Source: Longimicrobiales bacterium (GTDB taxonomy: Bacteria > Gemmatimonadota > Gemmatimonadetes > Longimicrobiales > Gaopeijiaceae). Taken from it: a DNA stretch of 64,000 bases. Shown piece by piece: positions 9,960-19,424 of the stretch (positions within the stretch are counted from its first letter, which is position 1; each line of letters starts with the position of its first letter). The notes under the pieces are model-generated. The model was not told the origin of the DNA. It searched no databases and worked only from the letters and a program-made list of their open reading frames with translations. The position numbers and the translations under genes were made by a program. The stretch covers positions 288,001 through 352,000 of the forward strand of contig OZ241869.1 of the NCBI GenBank assembly GCA_965202805.1. Direction: 5' to 3'.

Positions 9960-10312
9960 TGCGGGAATGCCCGGCCTAGACTGTCTGCCGGTGGCGGGTC
10001 GCATCTGATCGGGCAAGCGATTGCCACGCTTACTGGCCGTTGACCGCGAGGGTTGCCGCGCGGGTGTGCTGCTCGCCCACCTACCTGTCGGATGTCGCGC
10101 TGCGACTGACTATTCCAGCTCGAGTGCGCTTCGGTGGCTGCGGTTCCTCCGCAAGGTTGGCACCGCCGAACGCTGACCCTTTCAGTGCTTTACGGGCTAC
10201 GGTCACCTGGGTTCACCGATTACGCTGGCCGGAGCCGTTTGACCAGGGCTGCTGATCGGGAAGGGCCAACTCATGGGTGACGACAAGTATTCACGGCAAG
10301 ATGACAACGCGG
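9960..10312 (+). pseudogene. Decayed duplicate of the upstream AraC-like gene
   Basis: 'VAARVCCSPTYLSDVALR' aligns with 'VATRLHCQPRYLSDAALR'. 10265-10289 matches 9807-9831 at 23/25 nt. The frame is broken. Confidence 0.7.
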
Positions 10313-10444
10313 CGGGGTGCGAGTGTGAATTATCATTGAGAGGTAGGCACGCTGTCCGGCGTTTCAGCCGTAGTCCGTAAGGCTTCCTGTTCGCCGGCAT
10401 AATGAGTCGCGGTTTATCATTCACTTCTATGCTGAGAGGCACCG

Positions 10445-10768
10445 ATGCGCTACTTCTTCTCACCTCGCTTTCTACTCCCCGTGATGCTGCTCGCAGCCGG
10501 GCTCGGCACGATCCCGTTCCTGACGAAGGGGGTCCGGGCGCAAGCCAGTTGCGCGAACTACATTACGTCGCAGCAAGGCGACCAACCCTTCGATGGTGTG
10601 TTGCAAGGCAGCAGCCTGGTTACGGAGGAAATCGGAGGGTCCATCGGCCTTGACGGAACGAGCATCTCTGGTGGCAAAACGGTGAGTTACGAAGTCGGAA
10701 CATACCGAGACTATTCGACCGGCGAGACGGTCACCGTCCGGTGCGACACGTACGCGGAAAACGGGTGA
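10445..10768 (+). CDS. Small secreted protein (107 aa, two Cys, Gly/Ser/Thr-rich)
   Basis: GAGAGG RBS upstream, signal peptide ending 'VRA-Q', Cys near each end of the mature region. Its stop overlaps the next ATG (TGATG). Confidence 0.75.
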   Translation: MRYFFSPRFLLPVMLLAAGLGTIPFLTKGVRAQASCANYITSQQGDQPFDGVLQGSSLVTEEIGGSIGLDGTSISGGKTVSYEVGTYRDYSTGETVTVRCDTYAENG

Positions 10769-11820
10769 TGGTCCGTCAGCGGGCGCGAGTTCGCGTTGCA
10801 GCTCTCGTGGCTGCGGTAGCCGCTACGCTCTGCCTTGGCGGCTGCGACGACGTTCCCCATGCGCTGCCAGGAAGCGGCACCTTGTCCTTCACCGTCAGCG
10901 GTCCCGGCTACGTCGTGGGACCCGTCCTGTTCCAGACCGCAGACGCGGAGTTGTTCGGCGCGGACGACATCGTCGGAACCGGCGCAGGCTATCTGCTTAC
11001 CGATTCGCGTAACGACCGTCTAATGATCTACGATCGACAGCTCGCGCTTGTGCACCAAGTAGGCCAGACGGGCAGCGGCCCGGGGGAGTATCAGTTCCCC
11101 ACGGCCCTGGCGAGCGGAGGAGACCGGGTCGCGGTATTGGACCAGAATCTGGCTCGCGTATCCTACCTGACGCCAACAGGTGAGTTCATGTCGAGCCAGC
11201 AGGTGCGCAACAACCCATCAGATCTCGCGCTACACCCGAGACTCGGGCTTCTCGTTGTGGAGAACGCATCGCCCGTGCATTATCTCAACCGCTATGACGT
11301 TGGAGAACCTAACGTGTTCGGCGAAATGCCGACTTGGCTTGCGGGCGATTCAGAGGGCGCGTTTCGCCTGCGTCAGGATCTGGTCGCGGTCACACCCGAC
11401 GGCTCCGTTCACGTGCTGGACAGCCGGCAACTGGTGTTGGTCAGCTACGCCGAGAGCGGGGCTTTCGACCAAGCGGCCTTCCTTCCTGAACAGATGCGGA
11501 AGGGAGTCATCGATCGGCGTAACGGCCTTGTCGGTGAATTCGGCGGTCCAGGTCGGGTGTTCGGATATCAGGCGGCTTCACAGCTCCAGCCTCTGCCCGA
11601 CGGCCGGCTGTTCGTGCGCATCACATGGGGTCGGGTGATCGGATACGTACTCGACCCGGGAAGCCTGGAGGCGGAGCCAGTCGTGGTTCCGGCTGGCCGC
11701 GGGCTCGACTGGATGAGCGGCAGCAGCGTGTACCTTGAAGGGGAACGGCAACTGCGCATCTTCGCGGCACTCGATGAGGAAATGGCGATCGCCCCTCTTG
11801 TGTCTGCCCAGGAGAGCTGA
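10768..11820 (+). CDS. NHL-like / 6-bladed beta-propeller lipoprotein
   Basis: Lipobox-like 'LGGC', 'GQTGSGPGEYQFP' NHL motif, 'LVAVTPDGSVHV'. Confidence 0.8.
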   Translation: MVRQRARVRVAALVAAVAATLCLGGCDDVPHALPGSGTLSFTVSGPGYVVGPVLFQTADAELFGADDIVGTGAGYLLTDSRNDRLMIYDRQLALVHQVGQTGSGPGEYQFPTALASGGDRVAVLDQNLARVSYLTPTGEFMSSQQVRNNPSDLALHPRLGLLVVENASPVHYLNRYDVGEPNVFGEMPTWLAGDSEGAFRLRQDLVAVTPDGSVHVLDSRQLVLVSYAESGAFDQAAFLPEQMRKGVIDRRNGLVGEFGGPGRVFGYQAASQLQPLPDGRLFVRITWGRVIGYVLDPGSLEAEPVVVPAGRGLDWMSGSSVYLEGERQLRIFAALDEEMAIAPLVSAQES

Positions 11821-11929
11821 CGCCGGTTGGAGTCGCTTCATGGGAGATGCTCGAAAACGGGTTTTCCCGGTGGGCAGCGCTTAATTGCGAGCCCCCGGGG
11901 AGTTCCGCAGCCCCCGTTTGTTGAACGCG

Positions 11930-12167
11930 GACAACCAGGATCGCCTGTGGGTCGCCAACCACGCGTGACCGGGACGCGTTTTCCTACTTCGATGTGTGGA
12001 TCGGCGCGGATTACGCCGGCACCGTCAGCATTCGCGAGCGCCTTCTGGGATTTGACCTTCTCGGTTCGACGTTGGTGGCCCTGGTGGAGCGACGCCCCGG
12101 TCCGGATGGAATCGCGTTGCGAGCGATCGACTGGTATCAGATCGACGGGCTGCAGTTGGGGAGTTGA
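11930..12167 (+). pseudogene. Frameshifted C-terminal remnant of a second beta-propeller protein
   Basis: Reads DNQDRLWVA, then an extra A at ~11957, then TTRDRDAFSYFDVWIGADYAGTVSIRERLLGFDLLGSTLVALVERRPGPDGIALRAIDWYQIDGLQLGS*. The layout resembles the end of the propeller at 29721-31061. Confidence 0.6.
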
Positions 12168-12780
12168 CACCGTCCCCTCCCGGACACTCCGGCACTCTGG
12201 ACACGCTTCGCGGCACCATCCCCATCACCCGGCCTCGGCGGTCCATCTCGAACTCACAGCAGGCGAGCAGCCGCCGTTTCAGTTCCGCGCGTGCCCGCTG
12301 GACACGCGATTTCATGCCCGAGACGCTGAGCCCGAGGCGGCGGGCAGCCTCTGCCTGGCTGAGGCCCTGGAACGAGGTCAGGAGCAGGGCTTCCGCCTGT
12401 TGCGGCGATAGATCAAGGATGAATGGCATCAGGCACGCCTCGATTCGCCGCCGCTCCGCTTTCCGCTCCTTCGCATCCGCGGCCGGAGCCGGGGATGTGG
12501 CTTCAGCTTGAGCCCGTGCCAGGGCCCGTGACTCGACGGCGCGCCGCCGGTAGTGATCCGTGATTGTGTTGGCGGCGACCCGGTAGGCCCAGGCGAGCGG
12601 GTTGCGGGCCTGTTCCAGACGCTCCTTTTTCTCGAGCAGCCGCAGCAGGATGTCGCCGGTCACGTCGTCGGTCCAGGCGGGGTCGACGCGGCTGGCCACG
12701 TAGCCGCGCAGCCGACTCTGGAACTCGGACCAGCGCAGTCCCTCGTCGCCATCGCCTGCCGCGGTCGACCGACGGTTCAT
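12025..12780 (-). CDS. sigZ: ECF sigma-70 factor, SigZ-like
   Basis: 'WSEFQSRLRGYV', 'AWAYRVAANTITDHYR', 'GLSQAEAARRLGLSVSGMKSRVQRAR', 'LLACC'. The 3' ~50 codons run into the opposite-strand propeller remnant. Confidence 0.8.
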   Translation of the reverse strand: MNRRSTAAGDGDEGLRWSEFQSRLRGYVASRVDPAWTDDVTGDILLRLLEKKERLEQARNPLAWAYRVAANTITDHYRRRAVESRALARAQAEATSPAPAADAKERKAERRRIEACLMPFILDLSPQQAEALLLTSFQGLSQAEAARRLGLSVSGMKSRVQRARAELKRRLLACCEFEMDRRGRVMGMVPRSVSRVPECPGGDGVNSPTAARRSDTSRSLATRFHPDRGVAPPGPPTSNREGQIPEGAREC

Positions 12781-12811
12781 GCCGTGGGGTCGGCCACCTT
12801 GGCGCTGGCTG

Positions 12812-13282
12812 TCAGGCGTCACAGCATGCCGGCGCGGAGACTTCGGCCGAGGCGCCAGTCGCGGCAATGGCCGCCTCCGCGGCCGGCCCGTCGCAGCAAG
12901 CCTGGGCCGAGACGACTTCCGGGGCATCGTCGGTGATCACGTACCATTCCCAGCGCAGTCCCTGAGGTTCGTCGGACCAGACCTTCGTCTGCTCGGCGTG
13001 ACAGCAGACAGCCTGCTCCTCGCGCTCGGTGAGGATGTCGGCCGCTTCCAGCCGGGCCCCCGCCTCCCGCACATGGGCTTTGTCGAACACCTCTACGCCG
13101 AGATGGTTGATGCGCTCCCGCGCGTCGGGGTTCTCGAAGAGCACGAGCTTCAGCGGCGGCTTGTCGAGGGCGAAGTTGGCGTATCCGGGACGGCGCTTAT
13201 GGGGCAGGGCGCCGAAGAGCCTGCCGTAGTAGTCGACGGCTTCGTCGATGTCGCGCACGTTGAGGGCGAGCTGGATTCGCAT
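12812..13282 (-). CDS. arsI: ArsI/CadI family glyoxalase-fold metalloenzyme (organoarsenical C-As lyase-like)
   Basis: 'RIQLALNV', 'KRRPGYANF...PPLKLVLFEN', 'INHLGVEV', 'CCHAEQTKVW...WEWY', extra C-terminal CC pairs. Confidence 0.85.
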   Translation of the reverse strand: MRIQLALNVRDIDEAVDYYGRLFGALPHKRRPGYANFALDKPPLKLVLFENPDARERINHLGVEVFDKAHVREAGARLEAADILTEREEQAVCCHAEQTKVWSDEPQGLRWEWYVITDDAPEVVSAQACCDGPAAEAAIAATGASAEVSAPACCDA

Positions 13283-13362
13283 GGTGCGTTCTCCCTGGGG
13301 ATCGTGTCGGCGATGGCGCCGCGCGGTGCCGCGCCCGTTCGCCGGTTGGCTTCTGACTGAAT

Positions 13363-13389
13363 AGACGCACGAGCCGGCGAAAGGACGCA
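13363..13389 (-). promoter_or_regulatory. Candidate ECF-type promoter for arsI-sigZ
   Basis: On the minus strand TGCGTC-N14-TGCGTCT, ~80 nt upstream of arsI. The CGTC -10 core is typical of ECF promoters. Confidence 0.4.
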
Positions 13390-13550
13390 ACCGGCCAGGG
13401 GAAACCCCGGCGGACGACACCGGGCGGCCGACACTCCGTGGCGGAAGGCAGCGCATCGCGGTAGGCTTGGGAGTCGTCAGAGAACCTGGACGCGGGATCG
13501 GCGCAACCAGATCCCCGGGTTCCTCGCCACATCTCCGCAAGCGACTCCGC

Positions 13551-14903
13551 ATGGCCCGAATCTCCCGCCGCGCCTGGAGCACCCTCGCCCTGCTGGCGGT
13601 GGCCGAGCTCATGGGGATGTCGCTCTGGTTCACCGCCAGCGCGCTGTCGCCGGAGCTGGCCACGCAGTGGGGGCTGAGCGAGGCGCAAGCGGGGTGGCTG
13701 ACCACGGTCGTGCAACTGGGGTTCGTGGCGGGGACGGCGGTCGCGGCCTTCCTCAACCTCGCGGACATCTTCCCGGCGGCGCGCTACTTCTGCGTTTCGG
13801 CGCTGCTGGGGGCGGGTGTGAACGCGGCGGTGCTGGTCGCCCCGGACTACGGCTCGGCGCTGGTCCTGCGCTTCCTCACGGGCTTCTTCCTGGCCGGGGT
13901 CTATCCGCCGGCGATGAAGATGATCGCGACCTGGTTCCGGGACGCGCGCGGCTTCGCCATCGGCACGATCGTGGGGGCGCTCACGGTGGGTAAGGCGGTT
14001 CCGTATCTGCTGACGTCGGTCGAGGGTGGGGGCGCGGCGCTCGTCCTCGCGGGCGCGTCGCTGGCCTGCGCGGCGAGCGGACTGCTGGTGTTGGCCACGT
14101 ATCGTGACGGGCCCTACGGCTTCGAGCGCCGTCCCTTCTCGTGGCGGCTCGCCGGGGTGGTGCTGCGCCACCGCGAGACCCGGCTCGCCATCGCTGGCTA
14201 CCTGGGGCACATGTGGGAGCTCTACCCGATGTGGGCGACGATCACGCTCTTCTTCGGGGATTACTTCGCGGGCGGCGGTCTTGCCGGCGGAGGCGGGGGT
14301 GGCCTCATCGGCGGGGGTGGAGATGCGCTTCCCGGCGCGGGCGGGGTCATTTCGACCGGCACGGTCGGGGTCGTTCCCGCCGGCACGGTCGCGGGCAGCG
14401 CAGTCGCCGCGGACGCCGGTGGACTCTCCGCCGCGGCCCTCGCGGGGGTTGCCGGGTTCGGCGCGATCGCGATCGGCGGGGCGGGAGCGGTGTTGGCGGG
14501 CACCTGGGCCGACCGCCTCGGCCGCGAGCGCGTGACGATCTGGTCGATGGCGGTGAGCGGGGCGTGCGCGGCCGTGATGGGCTGGCTGCTCGCCGCTCCG
14601 CTCTGGCTGGTGGTGGTGGTCGCGGGGGTGTGGGGGTTTGCGGTGGTCGCCGACAGTGCACAGTTCAGCGCGGTGGTCACCGAGGTGGCGCCCCGGCACG
14701 CGGTCGGCACCGCCCTCACCCTCCAGACCTCGCTCGGCTTCCTGCTCACCGCCGCCACGATCTGGATGACCGTCGAACTCGAGATCCGCTTCGGCTGGCG
14801 CGTCGCCTTCGGCGTCCTGGCGCTGGGCCCGTGGGCCGGTATCCTGGCGATGCGCCGACTGCAGCGGCTGCGGCGGTTGCGCGCGGATGCGCCGCCGCCG
14901 TGA
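13551..14903 (+). CDS. MFS transporter with Gly/Ala-rich in-frame insertion
   Basis: ~12 hydrophobic segments, 'AGVYPPAMKMIATWF', 'GYLGHMWELY', 'ADRLGRER', 'DSAQFSA'. Confidence 0.88.
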   Translation: MARISRRAWSTLALLAVAELMGMSLWFTASALSPELATQWGLSEAQAGWLTTVVQLGFVAGTAVAAFLNLADIFPAARYFCVSALLGAGVNAAVLVAPDYGSALVLRFLTGFFLAGVYPPAMKMIATWFRDARGFAIGTIVGALTVGKAVPYLLTSVEGGGAALVLAGASLACAASGLLVLATYRDGPYGFERRPFSWRLAGVVLRHRETRLAIAGYLGHMWELYPMWATITLFFGDYFAGGGLAGGGGGGLIGGGGDALPGAGGVISTGTVGVVPAGTVAGSAVAADAGGLSAAALAGVAGFGAIAIGGAGAVLAGTWADRLGRERVTIWSMAVSGACAAVMGWLLAAPLWLVVVVAGVWGFAVVADSAQFSAVVTEVAPRHAVGTALTLQTSLGFLLTAATIWMTVELEIRFGWRVAFGVLALGPWAGILAMRRLQRLRRLRADAPPP

Positions 14904-15060
14904 TGGCGTCCGTCGGGCACTTCGGCGCACCTGCAGGGGCTCATCGTCATTGCGGTGTCATCCATGTCCGCGAACATCATCCAAATCGCCAAGCGCTCCA
15001 CGTGACCCGGCCCGGCTGGGCGCCATCGTCGTGGGCACGCACCTGCACACGGAGAACGCA

Positions 15061-15489
15061 ATGAAGAATCCCCCCGAAGGCTGGCCCAGAATCACGCCCG
15101 CCGTGTTCTACGACGACGCCGCAGCCGCGATCGACTGGCTGACCCGCGCCTTCGGATTCACGGTTCGCGTACGCGTCGAGAACGAGGAAGGACAGATCGT
15201 CCACTCGCAGCTAGCCATGAACGGCGGCCTCATCATGGTCGGGCAGGCGGGCCTGACGCCCGGCCGCACGTATCCCCGATCTCCGCAGGCCGCCGGGGGA
15301 GCCAACACGCAGGCGCTGTGCGTCTTTGTGGACGATGTCGACGCCCACTGCGAGCACGCTCGCGAGGCGGGCGCCACAATCACGACCGAGCCGGCGACCC
15401 AGGACTACGGCGAGGGCTACTGGACGGAACGCACCTGCGAGGCCCGCGACCCCGAGGGGCATCACTGGTGGTTCCTGCAGCGACTGTGA
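15061..15489 (+). CDS. VOC/glyoxalase (PhnB-like) protein
   Basis: 'PAVFYDDAAAAIDWLTRAFGF', 'VFVDDVDAHCEHAREAGA', 'RDPEGHHW'. Confidence 0.85.
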   Translation: MKNPPEGWPRITPAVFYDDAAAAIDWLTRAFGFTVRVRVENEEGQIVHSQLAMNGGLIMVGQAGLTPGRTYPRSPQAAGGANTQALCVFVDDVDAHCEHAREAGATITTEPATQDYGEGYWTERTCEARDPEGHHWWFLQRL

Positions 15490-15901
15490 GAGCGGCGAGG
15501 CTCTAGATGTTTCCCCCCGCGACGGCTACAAGGTCTGCTCCACGGTTTCCCGCGCCGCTGCCTTGATCGCCCAGGGAACATCTGAATCCCGATGCAGGGC
15601 GGCTCCGTTGGAGAGAGCCGCCGAGCAAACCGCGGAAGAAGTCGCCCGAGCGCGGGCAAGGCTCGCCTGGGCGCGGGAACGTCCGGCAGTAGGTTCTCCT
15701 ACAACCGGGATTCCTACCGGCCATTCCCTTTCATCCGCGAGATACGCTGGAGCCGGATCGGAACCCGACCCAGCTAGACACGAGGGGAAACGGGCTACCG
15801 TCAGTGGGTAGAAAACTTCGCTCGCCCGGTCACAGCCGACTACCTTGGGGGTTGTACGCGCAACTCCTTGAGACGCATCCGAACCTGGAAGCGAGGTGAG
15901 C

Positions 15902-16561
15902 ATGGAGGGTCACTCCGTAGCACCGGAACAGACCGACGGCTTCAGGGACACCACCCGGCTTGCCAAGTGGACGCGGGGGTTTCTGTACGCGAATATCGCC
16001 TCGGCACTCCTGGGGGTATGGTCCAATGCCAGCAATCTGCTGAGCGGTGCAGGGGTAGAAGAGTCGGCAGGCACCGGGCTCGGAGCGATCTTCTGGGTGA
16101 CGGGGATGCCGATCTGGCTCATCACCGCCGTCCTGGTGCTCATCTGGATTCATCGGGCCAATCACAATGCCCGGCAACTGGGCGCGGCGGACATGCGGTT
16201 CACGCGGGGGTGGGCGGTGGGGTGGTACTTCGTGCCCATCGCATGGTTCTGGAAGCCATATCAGGTCATGAGCGAGATCTGGCGCACCTCCCGGAACCCT
16301 TCCTACTGGCGTGAGCAACCGGTATCCCTGCTACTGCCTTGGTGGTGGGCCCTCTGGATCGTGCCGTTCTGGGGCTCTTCCATGGTGGCCTTGACGGTCG
16401 GCCGTAACCTCGATGAGGCAGGTGCGAAAGCCCTTGAGGCGACTTCCGGGCTTGCGTACTGGACCTTGGAAATTCCGCTGACCTTCGTTCTGCTCGCCAT
16501 CATCGCGGGAGTCCACCGGATGCAGGCCGAGCATCACCGGAGGCAGATGGCCGAGGGCTGA
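15902..16561 (+). CDS. DUF4328-like membrane protein
   Basis: 'LIWIHRANHNARQLGA..MRFTRGWAVGWYFVPIA.FWKPYQVMSEIW' motif, four TM segments. Confidence 0.8.
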   Translation: MEGHSVAPEQTDGFRDTTRLAKWTRGFLYANIASALLGVWSNASNLLSGAGVEESAGTGLGAIFWVTGMPIWLITAVLVLIWIHRANHNARQLGAADMRFTRGWAVGWYFVPIAWFWKPYQVMSEIWRTSRNPSYWREQPVSLLLPWWWALWIVPFWGSSMVALTVGRNLDEAGAKALEATSGLAYWTLEIPLTFVLLAIIAGVHRMQAEHHRRQMAEG

Positions 16562-16942
16562 CCGCAGCCGAGTGCGGCGACAGGTTCCCGGCTTAGCTGG
16601 GCTGCCTGAGTGGGGGGGCCGGGGGACTCGAAGGGGGCGCAGCACCCCTCGCCGGCGCTCCTGTCGCGCGATTCATATTCTCCGGCCCGCGAGATGCGCT
16701 ACTTGGCCTATGACCTGCTATCACCCGCCAAAGATGGTCCGCTGCTGCGAGACTCGGAGGTGTCCGTTGGCTGGGAGGTGTATTCAGCGGGACGCCTACA
16801 TGGGGTCCGTGCCGAAGTGGTTCGACGAGGGGCGGCGTGGATGCCGGTTGGAGAGACCGCAAGGAATCCTGTGGCGACAGGCAGGGTAGGATCCAAGGTG
16901 ACTGCCGGAGACCGCAAACAGCATAGAGCGTACAGAGGCGCG

Positions 16943-17437
16943 ATGAGAAAGCTGATTCTGGCATTCGCGCTGTTAGGCTGTGAGAACGCACCCGATCCAG
17001 CGGATCAGGACATCGTGGTCAAGGACGAGACGGTGGCACGTCTGTCGCGTCAACTCGGCCAGCAAGACAACGTCGACGATGCGCACAGGGCGTTCCGACT
17101 CCTGGTGCAGGCAGGCCAGAAAGGTATTGATGTCATCATGGCGCTTGATAGCGCCGGAGCCATGAACGAGAGAGTTTGGCGCGGTGTCCGCCGGGGCTCG
17201 CGGCTCACGGATGAGGTTTGCCCTCAACTGCCTGGGTTTACGGCTTGTGTGCAGAATGCTTGCCGCAGAAAGTTGGGGATTACTGGTCACGGAACGTTCC
17301 AGTTCAGTTGCCGGGATCTTCCACGGATACGTGGGGCATTTCGGCCAGAGGAGTTAGAGGGGTTCGCGGCGCAGTGTGGCGCAGACACCTTGGCAACACC
17401 CTTCGGTGATGAAAGACAGGGGGGTGTCTGCCCGTGA
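16943..17437 (+). CDS. Hypothetical Cys-rich lipoprotein
   Basis: Short signal 'MRKLILAFALLGC' (lipobox) with GAGG upstream, and six Cys in the C-terminal half. The ORF is open further upstream (from 16610), but that part looks non-coding. Confidence 0.5.
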   Translation: MRKLILAFALLGCENAPDPADQDIVVKDETVARLSRQLGQQDNVDDAHRAFRLLVQAGQKGIDVIMALDSAGAMNERVWRGVRRGSRLTDEVCPQLPGFTACVQNACRRKLGITGHGTFQFSCRDLPRIRGAFRPEELEGFAAQCGADTLATPFGDERQGGVCP

Positions 17438-17654
17438 GGGACACGTTAGATATAACAGCCACATATTCGACTCTCTCAAATGCCCCGGAAGGCGAAACGT
17501 CAAGGCCACTGATCATTCAAGGAAGAGAATGCTGACAAACGCTTTCGAGGGGCTTCCCAAGCGCGTCTGAACATCTTTCCACTACAGATCTCGGGTTCTA
17601 TCGAGGCTTGGTCCCGAAAGTCGGGGCGTTGGACGCGCTCTCCCGCGCCGGTCT

Positions 17655-19424
17655 TCACTCGACCGCCACCCCTCCCGGGGCCACCCTCCTCTCCGCGAGA
17701 CCGAGGGCCCCGTCGACCAGCAGTGCCAGCGCCGCGGCCGGGACCGCCCCCGACAGGATCATGCGTGTGTCGGAGAGGGCGAGTCCGGCGACGATGGGGT
17801 CGCCCAGGCCGCCGGCGCCGATGAACGCGGCGATGGTGGCGGTGCCGACGTTGATCACGGCCGCGGTGCGAAGGCCCGCCATGATCACCGGGGCCGCGAG
17901 CGGGAGGCGCACGTGCCTGAGCAGTTGCGCGGGAGTCATGCCCAGTGCGCGCGCCGCATCCACCGCGGCCGGGTTGGCGTCGCGCACCCCCGTGTAGGTG
18001 TTGCGCAGGATCGGGAAGAGGGAATAGAGGAAGAGGGCGACCACGGCCGGCACCACCCCGATCCCGAGCGCCGGGATCATGAAGGCGAGCAGGGCGAGGC
18101 TGGGGATGGTCTGTACCAGGCCGATGCCGCGGATCACGCCTTCCGCTCCTCCTGCGACGCGCACCAGCATCAACCCCACGGGAATGGCGAGCAGCGCGGC
18201 GGCCCCGAGGGAGACGATCACCAATAGGATGTGCCGGCGCGCATGGCCCAGGATGTCCGTGCGATTCTGCCACATGTACCACGCGAAGCCGACGACCGGG
18301 CTCCGGGCGAACTCCGCGGCCGCGGCTGATCCTCGCTCCGCCTCTCGAGCCGGGAACGATTCCGCCCGGTCCGATTCCACGGTCTCTCCGCCATCGGAGA
18401 CCATCAGGCCCAGCTCCACCAGGGCATCACGAGCGATGTCGGGCACGGGATCGCCGTCCGATTCGGCGCGGCGGTTCCACTCCCGCACGCGTTCTTCGTC
18501 GAGCAGGCCCGAGAGCTCGCTCAGCGCGGCGATCGCGTCCGGTCGTCGGCGCCAGAAATCCCCGTTGACGAGCCCGGCGGCCTCGTAGGGCGGGAAGAAA
18601 CCGCGGTCGTCCTCGAGCACTACCAGGTCGTAGCGCGCGATCAGCCCATCCGTCGAGTACCCGTCGATGACGTCGACGCCGGATTCGACCAGCGCCTCGT
18701 ACTTCACCGCCTGCAGCAGCGGCAGGACTTCGGCCGCCTGGAAGCCATAGGCCGCGCGCAGTCCCGGCAGCCCATCCGAGCGCCCGATGAAGTCCGGTGT
18801 GAAGCCCGCCCGGAGCCCTCCGGCCTCGCGCGCCAGATCGCTCAGCGTCGCGAGCCCCAACTCCTCCGCGGTCTCGCGGCGGACGGCGATGGCATAGGTG
18901 TTTTCGAACCCGAGGGGCGCGAGCCAGCGGGCGTCCCACCGCTCGCGAAAGGTCCCCGCTACACGGCGATAGACGGCCTCGGCATCGGCCTGCATTTCCT
19001 CTCCGAGGATGGCCGCGAGTGCGGTGCCCGTGTACTCGGGATAGATGTCGATGGCGCCTTCGCGCAGTGCTCCGAAGGCGATTTCGGTGGCTCCGAGGCC
19101 AAAGCGCCGGTCGACGGCGATGCCGCGAGCCTCCAGGAGCTGCGCGAAGATCTCGGCCAGAACGTAGGATTCGGCGAAGGGCTTGGAGGCGATGATGACG
19201 GGTGCACCGTCCTCCTGGGTGGATTGGATCGCGCGGACCGGCGACGTGGGCAGGCCGGCGGATGGCCCGGGCAGGTCCGCGGATGGCCCGGGCAGGTCCG
19301 CGGATGACCCAGGCAGGCCGGCGGATGACCCGGGCAGGTCCGCGGTTGGCCCCGCCCTCGCCGCCGCGGCCCCCCCGACCGCGGCGACCGCTACGGCCAG
19401 CAGCATCACGCGTACCATTCTCAC
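17655..19424 (-). CDS. Betaine-type (OpuAC/OsmF) ABC substrate-binding domain fused to permease; possible ergothioneine/hercynine importer
   Basis: 'ASKPFAESYVL', 'DIYPEYTGT', 'LGFENTYA', 'YSTDG', 'FFPPY', then permease 'QTIPSLALL', 'AARALGMT', 'GAGGLG'. Confidence 0.85.
   Translation of the reverse strand: MRMVRVMLLAVAVAAVGGAAAARAGPTADLPGSSAGLPGSSADLPGPSADLPGPSAGLPTSPVRAIQSTQEDGAPVIIASKPFAESYVLAEIFAQLLEARGIAVDRRFGLGATEIAFGALREGAIDIYPEYTGTALAAILGEEMQADAEAVYRRVAGTFRERWDARWLAPLGFENTYAIAVRRETAEELGLATLSDLAREAGGLRAGFTPDFIGRSDGLPGLRAAYGFQAAEVLPLLQAVKYEALVESGVDVIDGYSTDGLIARYDLVVLEDDRGFFPPYEAAGLVNGDFWRRRPDAIAALSELSGLLDEERVREWNRRAESDGDPVPDIARDALVELGLMVSDGGETVESDRAESFPAREAERGSAAAAEFARSPVVGFAWYMWQNRTDILGHARRHILLVIVSLGAAALLAIPVGLMLVRVAGGAEGVIRGIGLVQTIPSLALLAFMIPALGIGVVPAVVALFLYSLFPILRNTYTGVRDANPAAVDAARALGMTPAQLLRHVRLPLAAPVIMAGLRTAAVINVGTATIAAFIGAGGLGDPIVAGLALSDTRMILSGAVPAAALALLVDGALGLAERRVAPGGVAVE
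19245..19345 (-). repeat. 21-nt in-frame tandem repeat (A[D/G]LPG[S/P]S x~5)
   Basis: Protein reads ADLPGSS AGLPGSS ADLPGPS ADLPGPS AGLPT just after the signal peptide. Confidence 0.85.
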
